DNA from: Parcubacteria group bacterium
GTDB lineage: Bacteria > Patescibacteriota > Minisyncoccia > Phycocordibacterales > Phycocordibacteraceae
Assembly (NCBI GenBank): GCA_028286605.1
Contig: JAQBRE010000007.1
Span: forward strand, 44,537-108,536
DNA: 64,000 bases
Direction of reading: 5' to 3'
Positions 12,001 through 18,871 of this stretch are shown piece by piece. Position 1 is the stretch's first letter. Each line of letters begins with the position of its first letter. Made by a program: the position numbers and the translations under genes. The notes below the pieces were generated by a model that saw only the letters and a list, made by a program, of their open reading frames with translations, was not told where the DNA came from and ran no database searches.

Positions 12001-14175
12001 TCAGGAGTTACGCTGCAGGGTCTTTCTAGTGCTGCAAACGAGAACTTTAATATACTCTCGAAGGGAGGCGGTAACATCAAGCTGTTCTCTAACGGAGGTT
12101 CGATTCAGGTTTCAACCGCATTCGGAAGCCAATATACGTTTGCTGCGACTGCTCTTACTATCACCGGCTTCACCGCTGCCGCGAGCGGCAACCACTTCTC
12201 CGTCGTAGGGGGTATCGACACCGCCATCACCGCTGCTACAGAATCGTCTGATGTGTATTTCAACCTTGGTCAGACGCGCACCAACTTATCCAATACTGCT
12301 GTTTCAACTTTCCGAGATTTCCGTATAACGGGCTCGACGCACGCATTCGCTACTGCTGGCGGCGTGATAAACAATGCCGCAGGATTCTCGGTTGACTTGC
12401 CAGATAGCGCCGGCACTAACGCAACGATAAGCACCTCATCAGCTATCTATGTTCCTGGAGGTGCAGTCACGGGTACGGTATCAACAAGTACTGCCGCAAA
12501 CCTTCTTGCCTCGACAGGAGCAACGAATAACTTCGCGCTTACGACGAACGGTCGAGTAGTCCACAGCAGCCTCACTGCCGGTGCTGGCGCAGGATCCGTC
12601 TGTATGAGCGCTACCGGTGAATTGCTCTTCGACAGCGGGGCGAACTGTATCGTGTCCACACCGCTCGCGAAGCACAATATTCATGGCATCTCAGATGCGC
12701 AGGCAGATGAAGTGCTAAGTCTCGACGCTATCCAGTACGACTACAACGACGGAAGCGGTACTCGTTACGGTTTCAATGCATTGCAGGCCGCGAGCATCGA
12801 TCCAACACTCGTGGTTTATGCAGCGTCTGACATACAGGTAGTTGGTGCTGATGGAAATCCTGTAACCGTAGCGAAGGGCCAGCCATATACCTTCGACTAT
12901 GGTCGCTACACGGGCCTTCTTACTGCTGAAGTACAGAAGCAGCAGAAGCAGATAAGCCTGCTTGCAAGCACGACGCTTGCAGCGGCGGCATCCGCAGGCG
13001 CTCCTGCGCCCGTTGCAGCAACCACTCTTTCTGCGAATTCAATCTACACGCAGAGCCTCACTATTAAGGGCAATGCATTCGCGACATCGTTCGTCGCACC
13101 GGCAACGCCGATTACGTTCACGATCGGTTCTACAACGGGCACGCTGCCAAATGAAGTGCTTGCATCAGATGGCAGTGGCGTAGACCTCTATAAGGCAGCG
13201 ACGTATGCAATCACCGGCGTGCAAGCGCTCCAGGCGCAGACGGGCGTGCTCGCGAGCCGTCTTGATGCGGTCGAACTGCGCGTGACGATGCTCGAAGCTG
13301 AAGCGTCGAGTACGCAAGCAGTAGGCAGCGGCACGCTCTCGCTCGCCGGCTTCGAGGATCTGCTCGGCCAGATCGGCGTTATCGTGAAGGACGGCATCGC
13401 GCACTTCACATCGCTCGCCTTCACGAACCTGATATCAGCACCAGCCGCAGACGGTACGTCGGCAGTAGCAACGAGCACGATAGCGATGGGTGATACGCAG
13501 GCAGTAGTGGTAAACAATCTCGCGCATCCGACTTCGGAAATCTTCGTTACCATCACCTCTCCGCTTAATGGAAGCTGGTACATCAGCCAGAAGGGCGAGG
13601 GAAGCTTCACGATCAATCTTTCGAGTCCGCAGACCGCAGACGTGACCTTCGACTACTTCATCGTGCAGACGGAAAAGGGGGCAACGCAGGTCGCGAGCGT
13701 AGCGAGCGCCCCGGTGCAGACGCCTGCGCAGTATCCTGATCAGACACCAGTTGATCCGAGTGCATCAACGACACCTGCAGCATCTACGAATGCACCGACC
13801 ATAACGCTTACCGGCAGTGCCGCAATTGATATCGCGCAGGGTGCTCCATGGACTGACCCGGGTGCAATCGCGCAGGACGCAGCAGGGAAAGATCTTACCG
13901 CGCAGATCGCGGTAACAGGCAGCGTTGATACGAATACTGCAGGCCTGTACACGCTTAACTACTCGGTTGTTGATTCTGCCGGAGCGAGCGCAGGCGTATC
14001 ACGTATCGTGCATGTTTCGGCACCGGTAGTATCAAGCCCACCTGCTGAAACCGCGCCGCCCGCAGACACCTCTGCTCCGGTGCAGACACCTGCATCTGAT
14101 CCAGCTACTCCCGCAGCGTCTGCGCCAAGCCCGGTAACAGCTGACGCGGGCGCTACTCCGTCCACAGGCGGCTAA
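1..14175 (+). CDS. Giant repetitive surface/fibre-like protein, 5'-partial, >4,720 aa
   Basis: Frame is open from base 1 (SDYTGYAYIGG...) into the 97..14175 ORF. T/G/S/A-rich, with repeated G(N/F)(V/L)GIGTxxP motifs, ~16-aa NNAxG beta-helix-like repeats, an S74-like chaperone (~12655-12960), a DUF5011/HYR-like Ig domain (~13790-14015) and a Pro/Ala/Ser tail. Confidence 0.9.
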   Translation, partial: SDYTGYAYIGGTTTRITNIQNYFSTTGGVTKQMLDESIDAATLSLSGNSSGGGGTTVITGGGGFSGGALSATTGDFSSDVNVDGNFTLAGTLASAGEISAPFFTATSLAATSTLPNIISNSFSIGGDTITDFTGTGLAVVNGKLTATATTSNAFQQGGNIFGTTATLGTQDANPLAFITNNIARMTIDAAGNVTVGTTTSASLLTIGGDTRGDTFTAVGTGTSTLPRLATSALALGNDYVTGFTGNGLAVVGGVLGLAGSNNYFSTTSSDFWLGTKSTSDLAEGSKLYFTNARADARINATTTIGTLTSAPNLGTLSTTLTGIVKATSGVLSSAVAGTDYENPLAFVYPLQRTLNSISLAFGTTTANSWSQLQSFGNITAANATTTTLDATTLGLGNSYFTSLLGSGLQNVGGVLTLDRTGDWTGTFGGQIPSYYLDSANQTGVLAQANGGTGIGSFNPGDILYADNMGTLTTLPVGSTGQVLKIQAGLPQWGVDATVGAGGSDGIFATSSGLVYPLDTSNTLLVGTNATSTTNSIFEVHGQSYFSSKLSIATTTAPVALSVGGSGYFTGGLGVGILNTVAGTLRTSGAADIGGNLIVTGATTLASATSSSFFTSNFGIGSTYFSSLTGAGLLDTAGVLTLDTTGNWAGTFNGHASSFYLDATNLNNFGTPFYTFLHATTTDALAEGVSHLYFTDARADARINATSTIGTLTSAPNLGTVSTSLNGLLKATSGVLSVASAGTDFQAPITASYPVLFSGNNVSLAFSTTTTNSWSSLQTFGAGFVSQASSTVAGPLTVSGAFTIPSVTNALLSSNGSGVVGATTIGNGLAFSANTLSVSTSSLASGFFKQSGNAFGTTAVLGTTDSNALTFITSNTERARFDTSGNFGIGTSSPSQLLSVQGSGLFSGNISAANVTATGSLAVVGVTNTGNEQITGGLGVGVVNTTAGTIVTTGAITTGSQFIGLASDGVSAPSFTWATDITTGIYHAAGNTIGFTTAGVGRAVIDGNGNLGIGSTSPAAKLSVEGNALIHGTATIDGLGSGLVKSTNGLLGLAVAGTDYAAPFTATYPILFSANNLSLAFGTTTANSWSQLQQFNGAASSTQLTVTGNTYLATNAGSVGIGTSSPFTTLGVAGTVFASGNITTTGTLTATALGTHFAVASNNGTLTAPNAFVDTFLNDVSQQSVVTGFFGINTSTGGFYRTLTGTAGQITVANGSGAGGNPTFSLPTAITGVNSITAAASTNLTLASGGSSATSVLLTPNGGGVGIGTTSPSQLLSVQGNGLFSGNIAVANITATGTLATAGITDSGNAQITGGLGVGTVNTTAGTIVTTGAITTGSQFIGLASDAVNTPSFTWAGDLTTGIYHAAGNTIGFTTSGVERARIDGNGFLGLGSTTPSTRLSVEGNALIHGTVTVDGLGSGLVKSTNGTLGLAVAGTDYENPLTFNAPLSRTVNAISISQATVSTNGYLASADFNLFNNKVSSTSLSGASVISYTSGTGVITTTGGTFGGGNYVFPANTSVAGNLIANTIQRVLNTSTQNIGTTSTVVLGAGGTTNIVGGNASFSGAGGNVTLTGGTGIAAGGNIVINAGTGASTGSILLGSTAGFVGIATSTPGSLLSIGGVANFTAATSTLYGSGGINLSAGCFAINGACVGGNTLSFSYPLTLSGTNVSLAFGTTTANTWSALQTFNGGVSASTIITSGAITTGSQFIGLASDGASAPSFTWAGDLTTGIYHAAGNTIGFTTSGVERARIDGNGFLGLGSTTPSTRLSVEGNALIHGTATIDGLGSGLVKSTNGLLGLAVAGTDYLAPGSLSATYPILYSGNNFSLAFGTTTANSWSALQTFNGGASTTQLTSTGSTYLATTGGNVGVGTAAPAFKLDVAGPINTDIFSGYYQGGKLLAYASSTNDDTIFGLGSGGQNATTSAAIKSLTAFGFNALAANTTGNVNNAFGANALAANTTGGGNNAFGANTLTVNISGSLNDAFGNGVLIRNTTGSGNNAIGSGVLSNNTTGSNNNAIGSLTLVGNTTGSNNNAIGNLALNGNTGNSNSALGDQAGSVTTAGSQNLFLGAQSNTIGAGYISTGSNNIGIGYNTLFPSATASNQLNIGNFIYGTIAATSSASTFSAPGTGLLGIGSSTPGSLLSIGNTNGINFSTATSTFSSTGGINLTNGCYAVNGVCVGTNAGTVTSVDASGGTTGLTFSGGPVTTSGTLALAGTLVVANGGTGSTTLSGLLKGNGTGSLLTAIAGTDYLAPGSLSATYPILYSGNNFSLAFGTTTANSWSQLQTFTSGFVSQASSTITGVLNLGNNVNFNEAGTTTLKTPDQSSGNIGSILISTGAVSGVANPGNITIMPGNSPGSGGNVLIKGGSAGFGTPGNVTIQPGIGISAGYALLASNGGLVGIGATTTPSQLLSVQGNGLFSGNISAANLTATGTVTTANLTLAALNGPLQAINGVVSATTSIGVVYGGTGSTTLTGLLKGNGTGSLLSAVAGTDYQAPLTFVYPLLNSANTISLDFGTTTANTWSGLQTFGAGFVSQASSTVAGNFTATGFISTSGTTGGYQIDNQLFAYGSTTSGAVVLGFGAGGDALTTGTSPNVAIGNNALHINSGGTSNVAIGYQAMLVNQTGSSNTAIGSQALIFNQTGSSNTAIGQQALNSNTVGSNNVGIGANALQNNTTATNTVAIGVFAAGGSAAYTNQGGTYVGYSSGFSAHSSSDYNSFFGYQSGAQDTTGNDNIFIGAQPNFSGAGYVTTGANDIGLGFNTRFPSATASNQLNIGNFIYGTLPATTTASTFSVPTAGHLGIGSSSPYAKLSVHANNGSTDTTLFSIGSSTASLTTTLLSVSNTGVITSNAAATSTFTNGIALTGGCVSVNGACIGVGSAGTVTSVDAVGGTTGLTFSGGPITSSGVLTLAGTLGVANGGTGAVTLTGLVKGNGTGAFTAAVAGTDYQAPLAFTYPLVNTANTISLAFGTTTANTWSQLQQFNGGASTTQLTVTGSTYLATTGGNVGVGTAAPAFKLDVAGPINTNIFSGYYQGGQLLAYASSTNGATIFGLQAGGQNATTSASAISLTAIGFKALSANTTGFANTGVGFSSLISNTTGFDNTAFGISALGGTTIGSNNVAVGASALFGNVSGTNNVAVGINALGADISATTTVAVGSGAGWGSGNYSNQGGTYLGYQAGTFLANGSDYNTLLGYQSGSQVTSGYGNILVGPSVSSNNLTTGSGNIGIGYNLSFPAASTNNYLNIGSLIFGTLPATTTSLTAPVSGLLGIGTTSPYAKLSVQSNNGDTATTLFAIGSSTASLNSTLFSVSNTGVITSNAAATSTFTNGIALTGGCVSVNGTCLGTGSGGVTSVNAVGGTTGLTFSGGPITSSGTLTLAGTLGVANGGTGSTTLTGLLKGNGTGSLLTAVAGTDYLAPGSLSATYPILYSANNFSLAFGTTTANTWSSLQTFTSGLISQASSTFSGSLNVTGSSYFGANVGIGTTTAAQLLTLSAADTSTSLITAALASESIINSDTTNNNTADLVFKTADTAGATVVGTKLATVFTSHTPSGVSADLAFITRNAGTLSEKLRLTAAGNLGVGTTTPSQALSVQGNGLFSGNISSANVTATGTITTPNLTIAALNGPLQANNGVVSATTSIGVQYGGTGAITLTGLIKGNGTSAFTAAVAGTDYQAPLAFTYPLVNTTNTISLAFGTTTANSWNSLQQFNGGLTASTITTTGSVGIGTSTPGSLLSIGTTNGINFSTATSTFSSTGGINLTNGCYAVNGVCLSTGGGTFTNTLANGGTATTTFYAGGLVFSDGTKLTQASGSGASILSWNNTNGFLGIGSSSPSYALSVQGTSGIRVKTTTNTAAALGIENSQGTTTLQADTLDSSDSIFSVATSTGNTYFYVGAGGNVGVGTTTPLSALAIGGAGGLSVGADYNIAAPTNGAIIEGGLGVGTTSVMNNDALDVSGAVYINGTGTNPLALSVGATAAATPSFSVDQSAGIGTGLSVVTNLVGSGVTLQGLSSAANENFNILSKGGGNIKLFSNGGSIQVSTAFGSQYTFAATALTITGFTAAASGNHFSVVGGIDTAITAATESSDVYFNLGQTRTNLSNTAVSTFRDFRITGSTHAFATAGGVINNAAGFSVDLPDSAGTNATISTSSAIYVPGGAVTGTVSTSTAANLLASTGATNNFALTTNGRVVHSSLTAGAGAGSVCMSATGELLFDSGANCIVSTPLAKHNIHGISDAQADEVLSLDAIQYDYNDGSGTRYGFNALQAASIDPTLVVYAASDIQVVGADGNPVTVAKGQPYTFDYGRYTGLLTAEVQKQQKQISLLASTTLAAAASAGAPAPVAATTLSANSIYTQSLTIKGNAFATSFVAPATPITFTIGSTTGTLPNEVLASDGSGVDLYKAATYAITGVQALQAQTGVLASRLDAVELRVTMLEAEASSTQAVGSGTLSLAGFEDLLGQIGVIVKDGIAHFTSLAFTNLISAPAADGTSAVATSTIAMGDTQAVVVNNLAHPTSEIFVTITSPLNGSWYISQKGEGSFTINLSSPQTADVTFDYFIVQTEKGATQVASVASAPVQTPAQYPDQTPVDPSASTTPAASTNAPTITLTGSAAIDIAQGAPWTDPGAIAQDAAGKDLTAQIAVTGSVDTNTAGLYTLNYSVVDSAGASAGVSRIVHVSAPVVSSPPAETAPPADTSAPVQTPASDPATPAASAPSPVTADAGATPSTGG

Positions 14176-14201
14176 TACTTATAAGGTATATACTTATGCA
14201 T

Positions 14202-15290
14202 ATGAAATTCAGTCCTGTTAAAACATTTCTATTTCCACTAGCGATTTTCGTCTTTTCGTTCTCTTTGGCGCCGCACGCATTCGCGAGCCAGATATTCCTT
14301 ACGGCTAATCCGGGTACGGGTAACCAAACGTTTACAGTTCCTGCAGACTACAGAGCGGCAGGTTCAACCATTCAATGTATTGGTTCTGGGGGTACTGGTG
14401 GCACGAGCACAGCAAACACCACGAGTGCAGGAGGCGGTAGTGGCGGTGCATATGCAAAGATATTCAATCTGTCACTCACTCCTGGCGCGACCGTAACGTA
14501 TGCTGTTGGTGGCTCTGCAACGACCACCGGCGGCACTATAGCGAACGAAACATACTTCAATGGAACCGCTTCTTCGACGGCTTCGCTTTCATGCGCATTC
14601 GGGAAAGCTGCAGCAGGAGTTAGTGCAGGAACAGCTACTCTGTCTGCCAATTCTAAAGGAACGATTATTTTTAATGGAAATAGTGGCGGCGCAGGAACAA
14701 GCGGGGCGGTAGGCGGTGGCGGTGGCGGTGGCGGTTCTGCAGGCCCCCATGGTCTTGGAAGAGTTGCTCTTATTAGTACCGCTACTCGCGGAGGTAGCGG
14801 CGGTGGCGGTTCGGATGGTTTGCAAGCAACTAACGGCGCTCAACCAGCAACCGGCCAAGGTGGTTCGGGAGGAAACGGCTATTCTGGTACCTTAGGCGGT
14901 GCTGGCGGCTTTGCCACGGGTGCTGCTGCAGCAGGTACAAATGGTGCTGGCGGTGGCGGTGGCCAGGCTTTTACAGGTACGAATGGCGGTACCGGTGGTG
15001 CCGGAGGAAATGATACGGCGTTCGATGCGACACATGGTGCTGGCGGTGGCGGTGGCGGTGGCGGTGATGCAACCATAAGTGATCCTGGAGGCGCAGGCGG
15101 AACGTATGGCGGTGGCGGTGGCGGTGGCGGTAACAGTGCATCTACTAATGGCGTCGGCGGCGTCGGCGGTCAGGGCATTATCGTTATTACGTACACGCCC
15201 GCTCAAACGTTAACAAACTTAGTATCTTCAATGCTCCATGTGCTTGGCGGGAAAGTGCGTATCATGGGTGGAAAAGTTATCGTCCAGTAA
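14202..15290 (+). CDS. Secreted glycine-rich protein
   Basis: Signal peptide MKFSPVKTFLFPLAIFVFSFSLAPHAFA, poly-Gly tracts, GSGGGAYAK-like and GGQGIIVITY motifs typical of Gly-rich domains. Start chosen 7 nt after TATACT (alternative 14196). Confidence 0.8.
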   Translation: MKFSPVKTFLFPLAIFVFSFSLAPHAFASQIFLTANPGTGNQTFTVPADYRAAGSTIQCIGSGGTGGTSTANTTSAGGGSGGAYAKIFNLSLTPGATVTYAVGGSATTTGGTIANETYFNGTASSTASLSCAFGKAAAGVSAGTATLSANSKGTIIFNGNSGGAGTSGAVGGGGGGGGSAGPHGLGRVALISTATRGGSGGGGSDGLQATNGAQPATGQGGSGGNGYSGTLGGAGGFATGAAAAGTNGAGGGGGQAFTGTNGGTGGAGGNDTAFDATHGAGGGGGGGGDATISDPGGAGGTYGGGGGGGGNSASTNGVGGVGGQGIIVITYTPAQTLTNLVSSMLHVLGGKVRIMGGKVIVQ

Positions 15291-15302
15291 TATATTTTAA
15301 AT

Positions 15303-16316
15303 ATGAAAAAAGTACGTGTTGCTATTAATGGATTCGGCCGCATCGGCCGCGCATTCGTTCGCCAAAGCTTTGATCGTGAGGAAATCGAATTAGTTGCGGT
15401 GAACGATCTCGGTTCGCTCGAGAATCTTGCGTATTTGCTTAAGTACGACACGGTATACAAGCGCGCACCGTTTCCGGTTGAAGCGAAAGACGGGAAACTC
15501 ATGATCAATGGGAAGGAGGTTGCATTCTGCTCAGAGAAAGATCCGGCGATGTTGCCATGGAAGGCGCTCGAGGTCGACGTCGTCATCGAGTCGACCGGCT
15601 TCTTCACGGATTATGAAAAGGCGAATGCGCATATTACCGCAGGCGCACGTCGCGTGGTTATTTCTGCGCCGGTGAAAGATGAGAACCCGCTCGGCGCGAC
15701 GGTGCTTATGGGTCTTGATGAAAGCAAGTTCGGCAGCGTTGCGATAACAAGTAACGCATCATGCACCACGAACTCCGCGTCACCGGTGATCGCAATCCTG
15801 GACGAAGCCATCGGTATCGAGAAGGCGGTCCTTTCTACGACGCACGCATACACGGCGAGCCAGAGCATCGTTGATGGTCCAGCGAAGAAAGATATGAAGG
15901 AGGGCCGCGCAGCGGCCCAGAACATCGTGCCTACTTCCACCGGCGCTGCCATTGCGGTTACTAAGGCGTACACATCGCTTGAAGGGAAGTTCGACGGCAT
16001 CTCGCTCCGCGTTCCTGTTCCTGCAGGTTCAATCGCAGACATCACCTTCATCGCAAAACGCGCAACAACTACGGACGAAGTGAATGACATCCTGCGCAAG
16101 GCCGCAACGCTTCCGCGCTGGGCTGGCATCTTCAGTGCAACTGACGAAGACCTCGTTTCAAGCGATATCATCGGCGAGCGGTTCGCGAGCATCGCAGACC
16201 TCGGCAGTACGCGCGTCGTAGATGGCAACCTCGTTAAGGTGCTCGCCTGGTATGATAACGAGGCAGGCTACACGCACACGCTCGTAGAGCACGCTATCAA
16301 GGCAGGTAACGCATAG
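15303..16316 (+). CDS. gap: Glyceraldehyde-3-phosphate dehydrogenase (type I)
   Basis: AINGFGRIGR, catalytic ASCTTN, WYDNE motifs. Confidence 0.97.
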   Translation: MKKVRVAINGFGRIGRAFVRQSFDREEIELVAVNDLGSLENLAYLLKYDTVYKRAPFPVEAKDGKLMINGKEVAFCSEKDPAMLPWKALEVDVVIESTGFFTDYEKANAHITAGARRVVISAPVKDENPLGATVLMGLDESKFGSVAITSNASCTTNSASPVIAILDEAIGIEKAVLSTTHAYTASQSIVDGPAKKDMKEGRAAAQNIVPTSTGAAIAVTKAYTSLEGKFDGISLRVPVPAGSIADITFIAKRATTTDEVNDILRKAATLPRWAGIFSATDEDLVSSDIIGERFASIADLGSTRVVDGNLVKVLAWYDNEAGYTHTLVEHAIKAGNA

Positions 16317-16320
16317 CGCT

Positions 16321-16803
16321 ATGAAAATATTCATCGCTGGCGATCATGCAGGATTCCGTTTGAAATCCATGCTGCTTGAGCAGCTTCCGTTGTTCGGCCA
16401 TGAACTGGAAGATATGGGTCCGTTCGAGCTCGACCCTGAAGATGATTATCCTGATTTTGTTACGCCGCTCGCGAAAGCGGTAGCAGAGAATCCTGATTCT
16501 TTCGGTATCATCTGCGCACGCAGCGGGCAGGGCGAAGCGATGTGTGCGAACCGGGTGCCGGGCGTACGCGCTGCGGTCTTCTATGGAAAGATGGTCGTTA
16601 CGGATGCGCTCACGAGCGAGGGTTCGCATACGGATGACGGTCTCGATTCAGTACGATTGCCTCGTAAGCACAATAACGCGAATGTGCTTTCCATCGGTGC
16701 AGGATTCGTCTCGCACACAGATGCGGAAGAAGCGGTACAGACATTCCTTTCGACAGAATTCTCCGGTGATGCACGACATGTACGCAGGCTCGCGAAATTC
16801 TAG
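16321..16803 (+). CDS. rpiB: Ribose-5-phosphate isomerase B (RpiB/LacA family)
   Basis: DHAGFRLK, DDYPD, HNNANVL and RHVRRLAK motifs. Confidence 0.92.
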   Translation: MKIFIAGDHAGFRLKSMLLEQLPLFGHELEDMGPFELDPEDDYPDFVTPLAKAVAENPDSFGIICARSGQGEAMCANRVPGVRAAVFYGKMVVTDALTSEGSHTDDGLDSVRLPRKHNNANVLSIGAGFVSHTDAEEAVQTFLSTEFSGDARHVRRLAKF

Positions 16804-16818
16804 AGTATACTTTTACGC

Positions 16819-17535
16819 ATGGGCGTCATCGTACCTGCCATTCTCCCCACATCACGCAACGACTTAGACGAAAAACTCCTTCGTCTGCATGGTCTTGTCG
16901 ACACTGTACAGGTAGATGTCGTAGACGGCCGTTTCGTTACACCAGCATCCTGGCCCTATAAAGATGCGAACGCTGACGTACGGGAACCGAGTGGCGACAC
17001 CTTTCCGTATCTGGGGCAGCTCTCATTCGAAGTGGATCTCATGGTTGAGGAACCAGAGCACGTTATTCGTCACTGGATCGAAGCAGGAGCAACGCGCATC
17101 ATCATTCATGCCGAGACGACGCGCATGCTGCCGAAACTCATGAACGATCTCTCGACGACGTACGGCCACGATAAGGATTTCACGCCGGAACTGCTTTCAT
17201 TCGGACTTGCTATAAACGTAAGCACGGAACTTTCGCTTATCGAACCCTTCCTGCATCAGTGTGATTTCGTACAGTTCATGGGTATCGCGAAGATAGGGAA
17301 GCAGGGAGAACCGTTTGATAAGAGCGTGCTGCCGAAGATATCGGCGTTCCGTAAGAAATATCCCGCAATGCCGCTGCAAGTGGATGGCGGCGTCTCGCTT
17401 GCCACTGCCCCCGGCCTGCTGCAGGCCGGCGTTACGCGCCTCGTCGTCGGCTCCGACCTCTGGAACGCGCCCGACCTCACCGCAGAACTCAAGAAACTTC
17501 AAGGACTCGTGCAAACATACGGCCTCTACGCATAG
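16819..17535 (+). CDS. rpe: Ribulose-phosphate 3-epimerase
   Basis: QVDVVDGRFV, EVDLMV, GKQGEPF, QVDGGV motifs; pentose-phosphate gene context. Confidence 0.88.
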   Translation: MGVIVPAILPTSRNDLDEKLLRLHGLVDTVQVDVVDGRFVTPASWPYKDANADVREPSGDTFPYLGQLSFEVDLMVEEPEHVIRHWIEAGATRIIIHAETTRMLPKLMNDLSTTYGHDKDFTPELLSFGLAINVSTELSLIEPFLHQCDFVQFMGIAKIGKQGEPFDKSVLPKISAFRKKYPAMPLQVDGGVSLATAPGLLQAGVTRLVVGSDLWNAPDLTAELKKLQGLVQTYGLYA

Positions 17536-17626
17536 TAATCAGCGCAAGCAAGAAAAACTGAAGAAAAGATAAAATATTCCTGAAGACCCTGCTAGGTGCT
17601 TCGAAGTCGAGTGATATAATGAACGT

Positions 17627-17986
17627 ATGTTGGATCCTGAGCTCAAGCAAGAATTCGCAAAAATTCACACTCGTCTCGATGAAGAGGTGAAAACAGAATT
17701 TGCTAGGGTTCATAAAGAATTCGCAAAAATAAACAACCGTCTTGATACGGAGTTTGCGGAAATCCATAGTGAATTTGTGAATGTGCATGGCGAAATAGAA
17801 AGCCTTGCAGGGCATATGGCTAATGGGTTTACAGAAATCGATGAGCGCTTTGAACAAGTGGATAATCGCTTCGATAGACTTGAAACTAAGTTTCAGAATC
17901 AGATTGATTCAATTGCAGATCGAAAAGTGGAACGTTCAGAATTTGCACCGATCAAGGCACAAGTACTCAACCTACAAAAACACTAA
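17627..17986 (+). CDS. Small coiled-coil repeat protein (EFxx(I/V)H repeats)
   Basis: 119 aa, heptad-like repeats; own TGnTATAAT 6 nt upstream; stop overlaps tkt start (TAATG). Confidence 0.75.
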   Translation: MLDPELKQEFAKIHTRLDEEVKTEFARVHKEFAKINNRLDTEFAEIHSEFVNVHGEIESLAGHMANGFTEIDERFEQVDNRFDRLETKFQNQIDSIADRKVERSEFAPIKAQVLNLQKH

Positions 17987-18870
17987 TGGCTATCACTGAC
18001 GCACAGATCAAGATCCTTGAAAAAGACGCGGAGCAGATTCGCGAGACTATTATAGAGATGCTCGTCGCTGCCGGTTCAGGGCATACTGCTGGACCACTCG
18101 ACATGGCAGATATTTTTACCGCCTTCTATTTTCATATCCTCAAGCACGACCCAAAGAATCCTGAGTGGGAGGAACGCGATCGTCTCATACTTTCGAACGG
18201 CCACATCGTTCCGGTGCGCTACGCGACCATGGCTCATGTAGGCTATTTCCCCGTGAAGGAGTGCCTGACACTTCGCAAATTCGGTACACGCCTGCAGGGC
18301 CATCCAGAACGTCTGAAGCTTCCCGGTATGGAAACGACATCTGGCCCGCTGGGCGAAGGACTCTCACAAGGCGGCGGCATGGCCTATGCGCTCCGCATGG
18401 ATGGCAAAACTAAGTCTAATGGCGCAAGCGCCGTTGCGCCGCATATATATGTATTGATGGGCGACGGGGAACTGAATGAAGGGAACGTGTGGGAGGCAGC
18501 GATGTGGGTAGCGAAGAACAAGCTTTCGAATATCACTGCAGTCATAGACCGAAACAACATTCAGATCGACGGCCTCACCGAAGACGTGATGCCGCTGGAG
18601 AATCTTCGCGCGAAGTGGGAAGCGTTCGGCTGGCACGTGCTTGAAGTGGATGGGCATAATATTCGTCAGTTCATCGAAGCGGTAGACGAAGCGAAGGCGA
18701 TCGTCGAGAAGCCGACGGTTATCATCGCACACACAATCGCAGGAAAAGGCGTGCCGGATATCGAATACGATTATCATTGGCATGGGAAACCGCCTACACC
18801 AGAAGAAGGAAAGAAATTCCTGAAAGAGCTTCGTTCAATGAAGGGAAAGCTTCCGCACGAATACGCATAA
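17986..18870 (+). CDS. tkt: Transketolase, N-terminal (TPP-binding) subunit
   Basis: SGH, DRLILSNGH, LQGHP, GDGELNEG...WEA...DRN TPP-binding motif. Confidence 0.95.
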   Translation: MAITDAQIKILEKDAEQIRETIIEMLVAAGSGHTAGPLDMADIFTAFYFHILKHDPKNPEWEERDRLILSNGHIVPVRYATMAHVGYFPVKECLTLRKFGTRLQGHPERLKLPGMETTSGPLGEGLSQGGGMAYALRMDGKTKSNGASAVAPHIYVLMGDGELNEGNVWEAAMWVAKNKLSNITAVIDRNNIQIDGLTEDVMPLENLRAKWEAFGWHVLEVDGHNIRQFIEAVDEAKAIVEKPTVIIAHTIAGKGVPDIEYDYHWHGKPPTPEEGKKFLKELRSMKGKLPHEYA

Positions 18871-18871
18871 C

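Noticed and set aside
1-15290. Prophage tail module
   Set aside because: No capsid, terminase or integrase genes; the downstream gene has a signal peptide and leads straight into housekeeping genes. Upstream context is not visible.
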